This document shows, piece by piece, positions 31,400 to 44,870 of a stretch of DNA of 64,000 nt. The DNA comes from the human T2T-CHM13v2.0 reference genome, Homo sapiens: the NCBI RefSeq assembly GCF_009914755.1, contig NC_060941.1, one strand, 5' to 3'. The notes beneath the pieces were generated by a model that was not told the origin of the DNA, ran no database searches, and saw only the letters and a program-made list of their open reading frames with translations. Within the stretch, counting starts at the first letter, position 1, and the number at the start of each line of letters is the position of its first letter. The translations under genes were made by a program, and so were the position numbers.

Positions 31400-32524
31400 G
31401 TGGGGTGTGTGCTGGGGTGTGTGTGTATGTGAGAGAGAGTGTGTGGGTGGGAGCGTGTGTATGAGTAGGGGATCAATGTTTGCCTCCTCCTTCCTCCCAC
31501 TGAACTGACCACAGGGTGTGAGTGCATGTGTGTGTGAGAGTGTGTGCTGGTGTGTAAGAGTGTGTGCTGGTGTATGTGTGTAATAGTGTGTGCTGGCATG
31601 TGTGTAAGAGAGTGCTGGTGTATGTGTGTAAGAGTGTGTGTGCTGGTATGTAAGAGTGTGTGTGCTAGTGTATGTGTAAGAGAAGGTGCTGGTGTATATG
31701 TATGTGTGTAAGTGTGTGCTGGTGTGTGTATGTGTATGTAAGAGTGTGTGCTGGTGTGTGTGTAAGGGTGTGCTGGTGTGTGTAAGAGTGTGCTTGTGTA
31801 TATGTTTGTGTGTAAGAGTGTGCTGGTGTGTGTATGTGTATGTAAGAGTGTGTGCTGGTGTGTGTGTAAGACTGCTTGGATGTAAGAGTGTGTGCTGGTG
31901 TGTGTGTGTATAAGAGAGTGTGTGCTGGTGTGTGTATGTGAGACTGTGTGTATGGGTGTGTGAGAGGAAGAGTGTGTGAGAGAATGTGTGTGTGCTTGCG
32001 GATGTGTGAGAGAGGGAGATGGGGATGTGTGTGTGCCTGTGAGAAAGGTATACTTCTGTGTATGTGTTTACGTGTGAGAGTGTATGTGTATGTGTGAGAG
32101 TATGAGAATGTGTGTGTAGTGTGTGTGTGCATGAGTGTGTGTGTATTGTGTGTTCGTGTGTGCATGTGTGAGAGAGTGCTGTGTATGGTGTGTGAGAGAA
32201 TGTGCTGGGGTGTGTATGTGAGAGTGTGTGTGCTGGGTGTGTGTGTATGTGAGAGGGAGAGAGTATGAGTGTGTGAGAGGGAGGAAGAGGGTGTGAGAGA
32301 ATGTGTGTGAGAGACTGTGCTTGCGGGTGTGTACGTGAGAGGGAGAGAGACGCGGGAGAGTGTGAGAGCGTGTGTGTCTGTGAGAGAGAAAGGTATACTT
32401 CTGTGCATGTATGTGTTGAGTGTGTGAGTATGTGAGACAGAGTGTGAGTGTGTATGTGTATGTGTGAGAGGAAGAGAGTTTGAGAGAATGTGTGTGTGCT
32501 GTGTGTGTGTGTGTGTGTGTGTGT
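31400..32524 (+). repeat. Degenerate TG-rich tandem repeat / low-complexity array
   Basis: Variable ~20-28 bp unit gtgtgctggtgtgtgtaaga in the left half, TG/AG-rich right half, ends in pure (TG)n. Confidence 0.92.
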
Positions 32525-34469
32525 GGCCAGGGAGGGGGCCTCTGTCTCCTGGGCTCCTTATATCAGGGACAGTGTCTGTGCGGTGTGGATGGGAGTCATA
32601 GGGAGGCCTGGGAGCTGAGAGCTGGGAGCAGGCACCAGCCTATTAATGCCGCCCTCCTGAGGTGGGTGCAGATAAGTGGCCCCAGGGGCCGGGCCCGGGC
32701 TGAGGCCCCTCTAACTGGCTTGTTGCCATGGAGATGCTAGCTGTGAATACAGGCCTAGAAGTCCAGCTCAAGCCTCCCCTTCCTGGCAAGAGAAGACCCC
32801 CAGCTGGGGTGTGTTTGTCTGGCAAGGGAACTGCAGAGCCATGCCGTCCACGCCCCCTCCCCCCCATTATTTAAAGCAAAGGCTTCCGTTCCTTCCATTT
32901 TCCCTCAGGAGGGCTGTCCTGGGTCAAGGGAGAAAATGGCTGTCTTGATGGTCCCGACACTGGGGAATGGTGGGTCCCCTTGCGGTTGGGTGACCAGGGC
33001 AGGCAGGGAAACACATGTGGTTACGCAGCCACACCTGTGTTCCAGACCGTACAGCCAACCCCACCCAGCGACCAGACTCCTGCTGGCATCGGGGACGCTG
33101 AGAGGTTCGGGTGGGTCCCCGAGCAGGGGCAAGTTTATGTGAAAACCACCAGCTCTCCTGAGGTGGGTTCTACCTGGAGTCAGGACACGTGAGGGTTTTC
33201 GTTAATGTTTTCTTGTGAAAAATTTCAAACATTAAAAGCCGGAGAGAGCATTTAATGAACCCCGAGTACCCACTACTCAGTTGCAACAATTATTAGCTTT
33301 GTCCATCTCGTTTCATCTGTCCCCTCTTTTTTTTTTTTTTTTGCCAGGGTAGTTGAAAACAAATCCCAGATATCAGGTGACTTCATGTGGAATGACTTCA
33401 GTAAGTACCTCTCACTAACTGGCCATGCCAGGATCACACCTGAGGAAATTAACAGTAATCCCATGGTGAGCGTCAGCTGACACTCAGTCCCTCTTTAACT
33501 GCGCCCCGCCTCCTCCCGTAAATATGTAAACCCACACTGCAAGGGTGGATGGAGGGCCATGTGGCCGGGCGGCTTCTGTGCTTTAGCTTTGGAGCCTTAA
33601 GAGGGTGAGGGTTGAATACCTGTGGCTTTGGGTGGGTGGTTTGCTTTATGGGGCCTCTCTTTCTTCCTATGCCAAAGGTACTGACCTCTCCCAAGGCGGT
33701 CAGGAGGACTGAATGAAATTGTATGAGTACAGTACTGGGTACTTGGTAGGGACTCAATGAATGGTGGCAGTGCTTACGATGTTTTCTATTTTGCATATAA
33801 GGAAACTGAAGTTCAGAGCAGGAGAGTGACTTGCTCAAGCTCACACAGCTCAGAGTGGTTAAGCTAGGATGGAAGCGTAGGTCTTCTAAGTGCTCTGGGA
33901 TGTGTGTTCAACACAGCCCCCTCACCCCCTCTAATACTGGCCTTGTCTGCCACCACCCCATACTACAAATGGAAATGACACAGAGGGTGACATCAACAGG
34001 TCCCTTTTTCTCGATAGCCACTAGATCATGGTGCTGTGGGCTGAGCAGATGATTGATAGGACATCACTGGGCCTGGCTCTCCAGGAGACCTAGAAAAAGA
34101 TCTTGCCCCTCTCTGGGCCTCAGTTTCCCTATCTGTACCACAAGGGCATTGACCTCCACGTGGTCTTCGAGACCTCTTCCAGTTCTGCTTTGTTTGCACC
34201 AGGGTTAGTAACCGTGGGAATGGGAGAGATGGAGATACTTGAGGCTGATGGGGAGTTGCACAGCCCAAGACCCCAGGCTGCAAGACAGTATGGGGATGAG
34301 GGCGATCCTCCCATATTGGAGATCAGGGATGGGGTGGCCCAGCTAGGTAGAAGTGAAGCTCCCCCACCCCCACTGGATTGTGAACCTCCTGAAATTAGGG
34401 CTGTGACTTGTACCTTATAAGTATCACATAGATGAGAAAAAATTTCATCGATGTAATGGATGGAACACT

Positions 34470-35232
34470 AGATAGGAGATCAGTAAGGAAATAGAAGACT
34501 TTAAAAACACTGTAAACCAGCTAGACCTAACAGACACTGCTTTCTAACGGCGATTGAAGAGCACATTCCACCCAGCAACAGCAGAATACACATTCTTCTC
34601 AAGTGCACACGGACCATTCTCTAGCATAGATCATATCTTAGGCCACAAATCAAATCTCAATAAATTTAGAAAAATTGAAATTACACAAAATATGTTCTCT
34701 GACAACAGAGTAATGAAATTAGAAGGTCAAAAACAGAAGGAAATTTGAAAATTCACAAATATGTAAAAATTAAACGACACACTCCTAACCAAAGGGTCAA
34801 AAAATAAATCATAAGGGAAATTAGAAAATACTTTGAGACGAATGAAAACAAAAACACAACATACTAAAACTTACAGGATGCAGTAAAAGCAGTGCTCAGA
34901 GGGAAATTTATAGCTGTAAACACCTACCTTAAAATAGAAGATCTCAAATCAATAACCTTCCACCTTACTAAAAAAAAAAAAAGCAAACTAAATCCAAAGC
35001 AAGCAAATAAAAAAATTAGAGCAGAGATAAATGAAACAGAGAACAGAAAAACGATAGAGAAAAATCAGCAAAACCAAAAGTTGGTTGTCTGAAATGATCT
35101 ACAGAATTGACAAACCTTTAGCTAAACTGACCGAGAAAAAAAAAAAGAGAGAGAAAACTGAAATTACTAAAGTCAGGAATGGAAGTGGAGACCTTGCCAC
35201 TGACCTTACAGAAATAAAAAGGATTATACAAT
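34470..35232 (+). mobile_element. L1 ORF2 fragment (end of endonuclease domain and linker), degraded
   Basis: Translates FHPATAEYTFFSSAHGPFSSIDHILGHKSNLNKFRKIEI and LRGKFIAVNTYLK; frameshifted; SDH motif reads SDN. Confidence 0.95.
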
Positions 35233-35389
35233 TTCACTGATAGATTCGAAAGAAACTCCACAACATTTCTAGAGATTGGAGAGAACATCCGGAAATGGTT
35301 ACCAGTAGTTGCCTTCAGGGAAACAGGGCTGGGGTGGGTGGAGCTGGGGTGCCTGCTTTTTATTATAAGTCCTTAAGGGCTATTTTTGT

Positions 35390-35840
35390 AAATGCTTTGA
35401 TTGCAAAATATAAGACACATACAGAAAAGTGGATTTTTAAAAAGTACCGCTCAGTAATTTATCACCAAGTGAATATCCATGAAACCACCACTTGGTCAAG
35501 AGGAACATTACCACCTCCCCAGAAGCCCCTCCTGTACTCTAGCCAATCCTCCTCCCCAAAGAAAACCACCATTCTGACCTTTATGGCAAATACTCTTGCT
35601 CTCCTTGATAGTTTTGCCATCTCTACACACAATAGTTGGGTTCAGTTCGTGCTTGATAAATCCAATCAAGTAGCAGGTCCTCTTTTGGGTCCGGCTTCTT
35701 GCATTTTACATTCTGTTTGTGAGATTCCCCATGCTGTTGTAGGAAGCAATCGTTGGCTCAAATTTTCTTAGCTGTATCATATTCCATTTTATGAGTACAC
35801 CATCATTTATGTGTCTGTTCAACTATTGATGGAATGGGCT
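35390..35840 (-). mobile_element. L1ME-type 3' fragment
   Basis: catacagaaaagtg...accaccattctgacc...tgtgagattcccc...tattccattttatgagtacac...actattgatgga. Confidence 0.7.
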
Positions 35841-36369
35841 TTTTAAAAAGCCATGTACCTAAAGATAGGTTGATTAAAATATTTCTGATAAAATGCACAT
35901 TTAAAATGCAACTCAACACATATTAGTTTAATTTCATCCCTAGGATCCTCATTCCCTTTTCTGCTCCAATAAGTCATGAAGACAGCTTGGGTCTCAGAAG
36001 AAAATAGGCCGTTTAAGCAGAAGCCCAGAGGGAACACATCTGAGAGATGCCCACACCCTCATGGGGTCCTCTCATCAGCCCTTCTCCCCAAATTTTCAGC
36101 CTCAAATGGGGGAGGTCACACAGATGGAGAGAAACCACTCTCTCCCTTCCACCCGAGGTCTGCAGATTCCTGACACACATACGAGTGCACACCCAGGCAG
36201 ACAGGCAAGAGCGTGGCCCCCACACATGAGCACACACACGGGCACCTAGGCATATCCCAGAAGTGGCAATGCCTGCTGGCACCTGACCAGCAGGCGAGGT
36301 CTGTGCACAGAGAAGTTGTGGAAGAAGAGGAGGGGAAAGCGTGGGGGAAAAATCCCCTCATTTCTGAAG

Positions 36370-36770
36370 AAATGTCCCAGATTAGATTTGTAAATCAAAA
36401 ACCAATATATAACATGCAAGAATTGATCTGTTTTATATTCCTCAGTTACATTTTTGTGAAGCACATTTAGAAGATTTAGAACGTATTTGCGCCTGCTGGT
36501 TGGGCCATTATATGCTTGAGTTCATACATCTATTTGTGAGGCTATAAAACAGGCATCGACTACCATGTAAATTGTGTTCTCCACAATAAATTATATGCAT
36601 ACTTGCAAAAATACATAACTGCCGTGCCTGGGCCAACGCGGCCAGAATACTAATGAGGGCGAAAGTTGCTTTGTCCCTCTTCTCCGGCCTAATTTAGCCT
36701 CTACATCAAAAATTATGTAGGAAAAATCACTTTATCCTCTCACTGAGAAATAAAATAGCACTCATGGGTA
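36370..36770. promoter_or_regulatory. Candidate conserved non-coding element / enhancer
   Basis: Repeat-free AT-rich block with retained CpGs; gtaaatca (PBX-HOX type, 36390-36397), caataaa and TAAT motifs. Confidence 0.45.
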
Positions 36771-36919
36771 CCCTCATCTCTTCCCACCCCCCTTCCTTTT
36801 AACCGAACACTACCATTTTCATACTAATTTTAGCTGCTCCAGGTTTACGGGGAGGAAGGCTGGCTGAGCTGAAGCTGGGGTGCCAGCGGGCTGCCTGGAT
36901 GTATGAGAAGGCTGTGGGA

Positions 36920-37590
36920 GTGGGCATGTGCATGCACACACTCACACACACACATGCATACACACGTAGGCACATTCCCTCCGTGTGGTTTGAATTCGCT
37001 TGTGCCAGGGCATGTTCACAGCATGCACACAGACCTACATGTAAATGTGAAGACTCACCCCAGACACGCATGCACAGACACTCCACGAGCATTTGCCCAC
37101 GTGGCGCAGATTCATTCCCTCTCCCCGGTACAGACTCCTATGCACAGAGACACACTGGGGAAATTCAGTTCAGTTCGGTTCAATTCAGTTCAAACAGGTC
37201 AGTCCAGCAAACACTGACTGAGCACCTATTAGATGCCATGTGCTGTACTTGGCATTGGGACTACGGAGATTTTTTTTTAAAAAAGGCAGAATCTCAGCTT
37301 ATAGCTCAGGGGAAGAGGCAGCTTTAGGAACAAATGCAGACAAGTCAGTATGCTGAGGGCTGTAGCAGAGACAGAGAGCATACAGGTACACACACTCACG
37401 CCCTGGTCATTGTCAGTGTGCATATTTTCCAGTACTCATATGTGCACACACAGATGCACACAGAGTCCCTGCACTTACACAGGCACATACCTCACACCAC
37501 ATGGACTCACGTGTGCATGCACAACACACACATACACACACCGGTACACTCAAGCATCAGCATAGCCACCCTCCCACTGACACCGCATGC
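36920..37590 (+). repeat. CA-rich low-complexity region with an embedded L2-like fragment
   Basis: Repeated cacac/catgc motifs; cagcaaacactgactgagcacctat...tgctgtacttggcattggga at ~37205-37260. Confidence 0.65.
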
Positions 37591-37720
37591 TGGTGCCTGC
37601 CTCACCTCTGTCTTTCCTGCAAGCCCAAGTTAACTTCACGCCCTGTCTGGCTTGCCCTTTCTTGGGTTCTGTTGCTGTCTATCCTGGAAGCAGAGCCACT
37701 TCCAACAGCAGGCTGGCTAG

Positions 37721-38239
<519 letters not shown>

Positions 38240-39789
38240 TGAGGCCATCAGGCTCCAGATGTCCACAGTTTGTGCTGAAGAAGGTGGCGCCTCAGTCCAA
38301 GTCAGAGAGTGTGAGACAACTGCAGAGACGCCCCCAACCTGGAGGCATCTCGGCCCCGCTCCGAGCTCCCAGCCTAAGAGAAGCGTTTGACCTCAGGGGC
38401 AGGCCTCATGAGGGCAGGAGAAGTCATGTCCTGGAGAAAAGGAGTGGCAAGATGTGGTAGGGGAGAGAAGACTTGGTGCAAGAGGGCCAGCTGGGATATT
38501 TATAGGTGCCAGCCACGGTTCTAGGGGAATTTCATTCTATCTTCAAACACCTGAAGGGCTGCCGTGGGGCAGAGGGAAAGGACTTCCTCTGCATGACCCA
38601 GTTGGTAGAACTAGGACAGTGGGAAAGTGGTGGAGGCTGCAAGGAGACAGACAGCCTTTAGTTGAATACAGTGATCAGCGTGATTTCTCCGTGCGTGCAC
38701 CCGCCTACCAGCATGCGTGGTGTACATTCTGCTGCTGTGTATTCCGTCTCCTTGCAGCCCTTTCTTTCCTCTGCTCCCTATAGCTCATCCTATGGCTTTT
38801 CATACCGTACTATTTTCTCTTTATCTCAGCTTGTTCTTGGAGTAGAAAATATGTTCTTTTTAAAAACGAAAATCAGATTTTTATTGAGGAAAAAATATTA
38901 AGTTCACATGATGAAAAATTCAAATTGGTCAAAGGATGTATGGCGAAAAGAAGGTCTCTCTCTCTGGCTGCCCAGGCTCCTCCGGCTGCCCAGGCTCCTC
39001 CGGCTCATCGTCATCCAGCTTCCTTCTCCAGAAACAACCACTGTTACCAATTGTTATGTGTTTTTTCAGAAATATACTGTGCGTGCAAGCATCTCTCTCT
39101 GTCTGTTGATCTGTCCTTTATTTAACACAAATGTGAGCATACCATGTGCCCTGATCCTTGCCTCCCCTCCCCTCCCCTCATCCCAACCTAACTACGTAGC
39201 TTGGAAGGTGTTTCTGAGGAAAAGTTCTCCATTGGGCGATATCTGACAATGAAATGGGCTAACGAGCTCTCAACACTGGGGATGTGGAGGCACAGGCTAG
39301 ATGACCACTTGGGGAAAGAAAAATGGGAGAGTTGGGCCCTTCCTTGGAGGAGGAAGGTTAGACTCATGCCGTCTAAGGCCCTTTCCATGAACCAGCTGCT
39401 TGGATACAAAGAGAACAGCTCTCTTTATCTTGCGTTCTTCCCATTTTTCCCCACTCCCTCCCAGCGCCCCACAAGCTGGGCCAGGGTCACCAGTGTTTAA
39501 AGCCGCCCAGCCTTGGCTTCCAGCCCTTGTGTAATTGACAAGAATTCCCCCCCTCCCTAAGAGATGGCCTCTCTCTGTGCCAGCCACATGCCACTAAACT
39601 CCAAATTAAGAGGCCCAGCTGAGATTTCTGTCTTATTCCACCCATACTCCTGGGGCCAATCCTCTCTCATTTCAGGAGGGGAATGGAACTCAGTTTGGAT
39701 TTGGGAAGGGGGGTAGAGGGGGCTCGCCACCAAAGCTGGTGCCTCTATGCTCCAGAGAGATGTGCGTGTCCTACCATGCGGCTTAAGAC

Positions 39790-40110
39790 TTCTCCAAAAC
39801 ACCGTCCCCCCAAATCCAATAAAATTGCAAATTTCACTGTATTTCACAATATCCTAAATAAACATGAACAGCATGCGTTTCTCTTCCTTGCATCAAATAT
39901 TAATCTGCCCGTGGCCAGCGCCCGCTCCCCCGCGTGTGTGCGCACGCTGGGTAAACACTGGGGAGATTGTGATGCCAGACCTTCCCTTCTCTTCCCCGAG
40001 TCGAGAGCATGACAAATTTTTCTCCTAATTACACCTGCCACTGTTTGCCTTCTAATACTGTAAATCCTCCATCACATAGTTTTTCAGATTCGGGATTAGG
40101 TTCTCTTCCT
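39790..40110. promoter_or_regulatory. Candidate enhancer / conserved non-coding element
   Basis: ccaataaaa (posterior HOX type), taaataaaca and gtaaaca (FOX), CpG cluster 39910-39950, ggatta. Confidence 0.45.
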
Positions 40111-42104
40111 GTCGTACGAATGATTGGAGGGGGCAGGGATGGGGGAGGAGGCTGGGGTGGTGTGGGCTGCATGGCCTTGCTTTCCACGATTTCGCTGTGA
40201 GGACTCCTGAGCTGGGCACCAGCAGTGTGTCCAGGCACCTCGCCCTTCTTCAGGGTGGGAAGGAGATGTCAAGAGGCAGCGGGGAGGAGGGAATGGAGAA
40301 AAGATACCTGTGCAGGTGTACAGAACCTGCTCAACCCAGCTTCATTAGCCCCCGCTAGGTGCCCAGGAGCCCTGGAGATAATGAAGCTTCTGAGATCCAA
40401 GCGAGAAGGTGAATGTGCAGCTTCTGGTGCGGTGCCCAGCACGGAGTTGGTGGACAGTGACCTGGAGCTCCCCACTTGCTCTGTCTCCTGACTGAAGCCA
40501 TCCTCATCTCTCTCCTGGACTGTGAAACCTGGCTTCCCACTGGTTTCCACCTCACCTCACCCCTCTCCAAAGAACCCATTGTCCCCAGCTGCCAGAGGCT
40601 CTTTCTAAGCCCAGAGCCCTCCATCGAGACAGGCCCTGTCTCAGAACTCCAGCTGACTTCCCACCATGTTTGAGTCATGTCCAGCCCCATCCTCTACGGC
40701 CCTCCACCACCGTCCACCTCAATTCTCCTGCCTCATGCCCCGTCCTCAGGCTTCCTGTCCACCCACCGTAGACTGAGCCTACCTCGTCCACCGCCTCACC
40801 CTTCCCCACATGCGCTGTGCAAACTGCTACCTCCTCTTCTTTGCTCCCTCTGCCTGGAATGGATGCTTGTTGAAATTTCAGCTTTCTTCCCAGGTATTCA
40901 CCCCCGATGACGTCACCTCTTTGAAGCCCTCCTTTGTGATCCCATGGAGCTTCACATCTACCATGTTTGGGACTCAGATCTTTGCCTCATCTGTCAGTGG
41001 TGTAGGAGGGTCTGTAGGTGCTTTCAAGGTGGAGTCCAGGTCCTAAGCATCTCTGTCCCTCAATACCTCTCTAGTTTCCAAGTCTTGGCACTGCAGAAGG
41101 ATGATACCTGGTGCATGGTCGGGGGGAGCGTCCTGCTGTTTCTAAATCTCATGACCAAGTCAACTGCCTGCTCCAGCTGTGGGAGAGAATGGGCAGCTGC
41201 CCACCTGGCAGGTAATAGGGAACCCCAGCCAGTGCAAGAGGATCAATCCCTCCAGGCTACGGTGACAGGAGGAGGAAGGAGGACGTTGAAAAGCCCAGAC
41301 CTTCCATTCCCTTCCCCGCTGCAGCGTGCGCTGGTCTGATAGGGTCCCCTCCCAGTTGTCTGTGTGTCTGGAGCATCCAAGCTGTACAAAGGACACCGAA
41401 TCATTCTCCAGGGGTTTTGGCGTATGCAGTGTTATTGGCTATTTTAATTTGGTGAGGAAATGCAGATAACAGCTTTGGCTTCTTATTACCCTCCGTTCCT
41501 AGAGGCCCTTCTGCCTCCAGGTCTGCCCCAGCCCATTGGCGCAGGAGGACCCCATCCCACTGTGTCTGAAACCTCGAGCTGGGCTAAGAGGGGCAGTCTT
41601 AGGCGGGGTCCAGGCTACCCTGGTGAGGTCTCCATCCTTTCAAAGCTCCCCTGGAGTTGTTCTCGAAGCCTCCCAGAGTCAGCTTGTTCAGCTTGAATAA
41701 TATCTGTCCCTGGCCTTGTCCCCTCCCCACACATTTCACCTTCAAAGGGCCAGGAGAAATTTCCCTAATTAATTAACTCCTCTGCAGCCTGCCCTCCATG
41801 TCATTGGGTGATTAATCGTCACTGTGACTTTAAATCCAGGGGCGGAGGGAAGTTGGCAGGGGTGGAGGCCAGAAGCAGGGATGCTGGGGGTTGGGGGAGG
41901 CAGCCTGAGGGCCTTTCCTGGGGTTGGAAGACCCCCACCTCATCCCCATTCTTGTCCTTGCCCAGGGCCTGGCCAAGAGGCCCCAGAGCCAGACCACAAA
42001 TACATCCATCAATAATCAATCAATGAGTCTCAAATAGAGACGGTGAGAACTAGGCCATTCTGGGAGAGGCGGGGTGGCTCCTGCCTATTCTAAAGTCTGC
42101 AAAA

Positions 42105-42340
42105 CAGGGTAGCAGTTAAGAACATGGGCTTTGGAGTCAGGAGGAACTGAGTTCTAATCCTGACTCTTTCTCTTTCCAGCCGTGTGACCGATGGCAGGTC
42201 ACTTTGCCTTCCGGGGCCTCAGTGTTCTCACCTATACAATGGGGATGAGCAAATAGGACCTACCTCCCAGGACACCTGGGAGGATGAAATGAGATCACGT
42301 GTGTGAAGCTCTTAGCATGGCGTGGGGGACACAGCAAGTG
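42105..42340 (+). mobile_element. MIR
   Basis: gttaagaacatgggctttggagtcag...gagttctaatcc...cctcagtgttctcacctatacaatgggg...gaggatgaaatgagat. Confidence 0.85.
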
Positions 42341-44064
42341 CAGGGGACGCAGCAACAGTGTGGCGGCTGCTACATCACGGAGGCTGTAAGGCCAGACTCC
42401 TTGTCCCCAGTGCCCAGCTAGGTCCCTTGCCCCCCCGGCTCTGTTGTCTTTAGTGGCTCTTCCTCCTCACTCACTCCTCTGTGCAGTCACACAGCCCAAC
42501 CCAGCTGCTGCACTCACCTGCTGCATGACCCTGGGCAAGGTGCTTACTTTCCTTACGTCTGCATTTCCTGATTTAGAAAACAGGGTAAAGCTGCCCTGCC
42601 TGCATGCTTCCAAGGCTCTGGCACACACACAAGGATGTAGCCCAGCCCTTCCTCCAAGGAGTTCCATGACAGGAAAGACAGAAGGGGAAAGAAATACTTG
42701 CAAATTCGGTGTGAGCTATGACAGAGGTGCACGGACATTCAGCAGGAGGCAGGCAATGGCATCACGGGCTCAGAGTACAGTGAGGGTGAAAGAAGATGAT
42801 TCCACACATAATAGTTGCTCAGTAAACATCTTTTCCCTTCTCCAGCCTTACTCTTTCCATATAGCCTAACTTTTTAGACTCAGCTGCTTTCCACCTCAGA
42901 ACCCCAATCTCTGTCCTTTCTGCTGAGCCTGCAAAATCTGGAAGGAGGGATAGAAGACGGGCCCCTTGGGGAGCCCCTCCTATCATCACCAACCTTAGTT
43001 AACATTTGCTGTTTACTGTTTCCAGGCACTGGGCAGGTGTTCTGCATACATTAAAATCTAATTGAATCCTCACAACAGCTCCACGGAACAGTTGTCAAGG
43101 CTGACCCAGAACCTAAGGGAGACAGACCAGAGGGATAAATCCAGGTAGGCTTCCACTGGGGCTGCAGAGACTTAGGGTTTTAAAAAGTGGGTGCTGCCAA
43201 AGAGGGGCGGTCCCATCCGAAAAAGCAAATGACTGGCCCTCAGACTCCTGGCAAGACCCCAGGAGGCCTGTGGTGCTCAGGTTTATTCACTTCATTCACT
43301 ACTTTAAGGAAGCTTCATTGATCTTGTGCCCTGTAGTGGGGAGTTCAGTAAGCCCAGCCCCATCTCATCTCAGCAGCTCCTCTCCACCGGAGTTCAGCCA
43401 CCCCAGGCGCTCTGCGAGACAGATACACTGGTGGGAGCCTGGGTGGAGGGTAGGGGTTTGTCCTGCCTACAGAACGTGTCTGGGACTTAAAGCAGGCTCA
43501 GAGGAATCTCCGGGATCTTTCAATGCAGCTCCATGCTCCCAGTGAGTGTGTGGTGTGGGGTGGGCATGGGGCAGTGAGGAGCGAAGGGGTGTGGAGGGAG
43601 GGGGACCAGCCTTGCTCAAGGTCACAGGGGTTCTTAGTAATAGAACCCAGACCACTGGGCACCAGGGTTTTCCAGAACAGGATTCCTAGTGGGTGTGGTG
43701 TGGCTGGGGAAAGGGAGGGCTGTGATTGCTGCCATATGGGGGTAGGGGGAGAGCTGTCAGAAACAGCATTTGGGGGAACAATCAGGGTGGAAACAGTATC
43801 CAGAAGGTCAGGGTGCCAAAATTTTGTAGGCAGCACAGGGTAAATTAAACAGGTTTTGAAGCAAACACACATATCTTACTGCCCCGCCCCTTCTCAGGCT
43901 GTGCGACCACCGGCAAGTTACTTCACCTCTCTGGGCGTCAGTCTGCTGAATGTAAAGTGCTTAGTTCTCAGAAAGGCTAAGACAAATATCCATTTTCTTC
44001 TTTTTCCTTTCGCTACTTGCCCCCTCCCTGGGAGCTTCACCCTCACTGTAGTTCCTGGTGGACT

Positions 44065-44870
44065 CATTCATTCATTCGACAGGGAACCGATTTAGTACCA
44101 GGTACTGTTCTAAGCACTGGAGATAAGGAGTGAACAGACAAAAACATCTACCCTCAGGGGGTTTACACTCTAGTGGAGGGAGACAGACAGCAAATTACAT
44201 CAGTTATTTAAGTGTCTAAGTGCTTGTATAAGTGCTATACAGAATGAAGAGGAAAGGAGACATAGAGGGTGTTGTGGGAATGGGTTCAATTTTAAAGAGA
44301 GTAGTCAAGGAGGGCGTCATTGAGAAGGTGACATTTGAGCAAAGACCTGACTGAGGCAAACTCTGCTGATTTTTGGGGAAGGAACTCCTGGGCAGAGGGA
44401 ACAGCCAGCACAAAGGCCCTGAGGAAGGATTGGCCTGGCCAGTTCAGGGAGAGGCGAGGAAGCCAGAGAGACCAGTGGAAGGAGGGAGGCCGGCATGGTA
44501 GGAGGTAAGGTCACGGGGAGGAGGCCAAGGGAGCCAGATGGGGCAGTGCTCACAGACCATTGCAAGGGCTTTGACTCTGAAGGAAGCTGAGAGCCAGGCA
44601 GGGTTTGAGCAGGGCAGGGACACGGTATGACTTAGAACGAGGTTCCTCTGGCTACTGGTCAAGAGCAGGCTGTGGGGCAACAAGGGTGGAAGCCCATTTG
44701 GAGGCTACTGCAGTCACCCAGGTGAGAGGCAGTGGTGGAGAGCAGTGGTCAGATTCCGGATGAATTTTGCAGGGAGAGCTACCCAGGTTAGCTGATGGAT
44801 TGGCTGTGGGGTTGAGTGAGAAAGAAAGGAGTCAAGGGCGACGAGGCTCGGAGAGGTTAGGGTGGGCTGC
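44065..44870 (-). mobile_element. L2 (L2a-like)
   Basis: cattcattcattc...ttctaagcactggagata...gagaaggtgacatttgagcaaagacctga...ggaggctactgcagtca...gatggattggctgtgggg. Confidence 0.88.

Noticed and set aside
31665-32408. 247-aa His/Thr-rich ORF
   Set aside because: Translation of the CA-rich strand of a low-complexity repeat
34554-35092. ORFs resembling an endonuclease
   Set aside because: Frameshifted L1 ORF2 fossil, not a host gene or an active element
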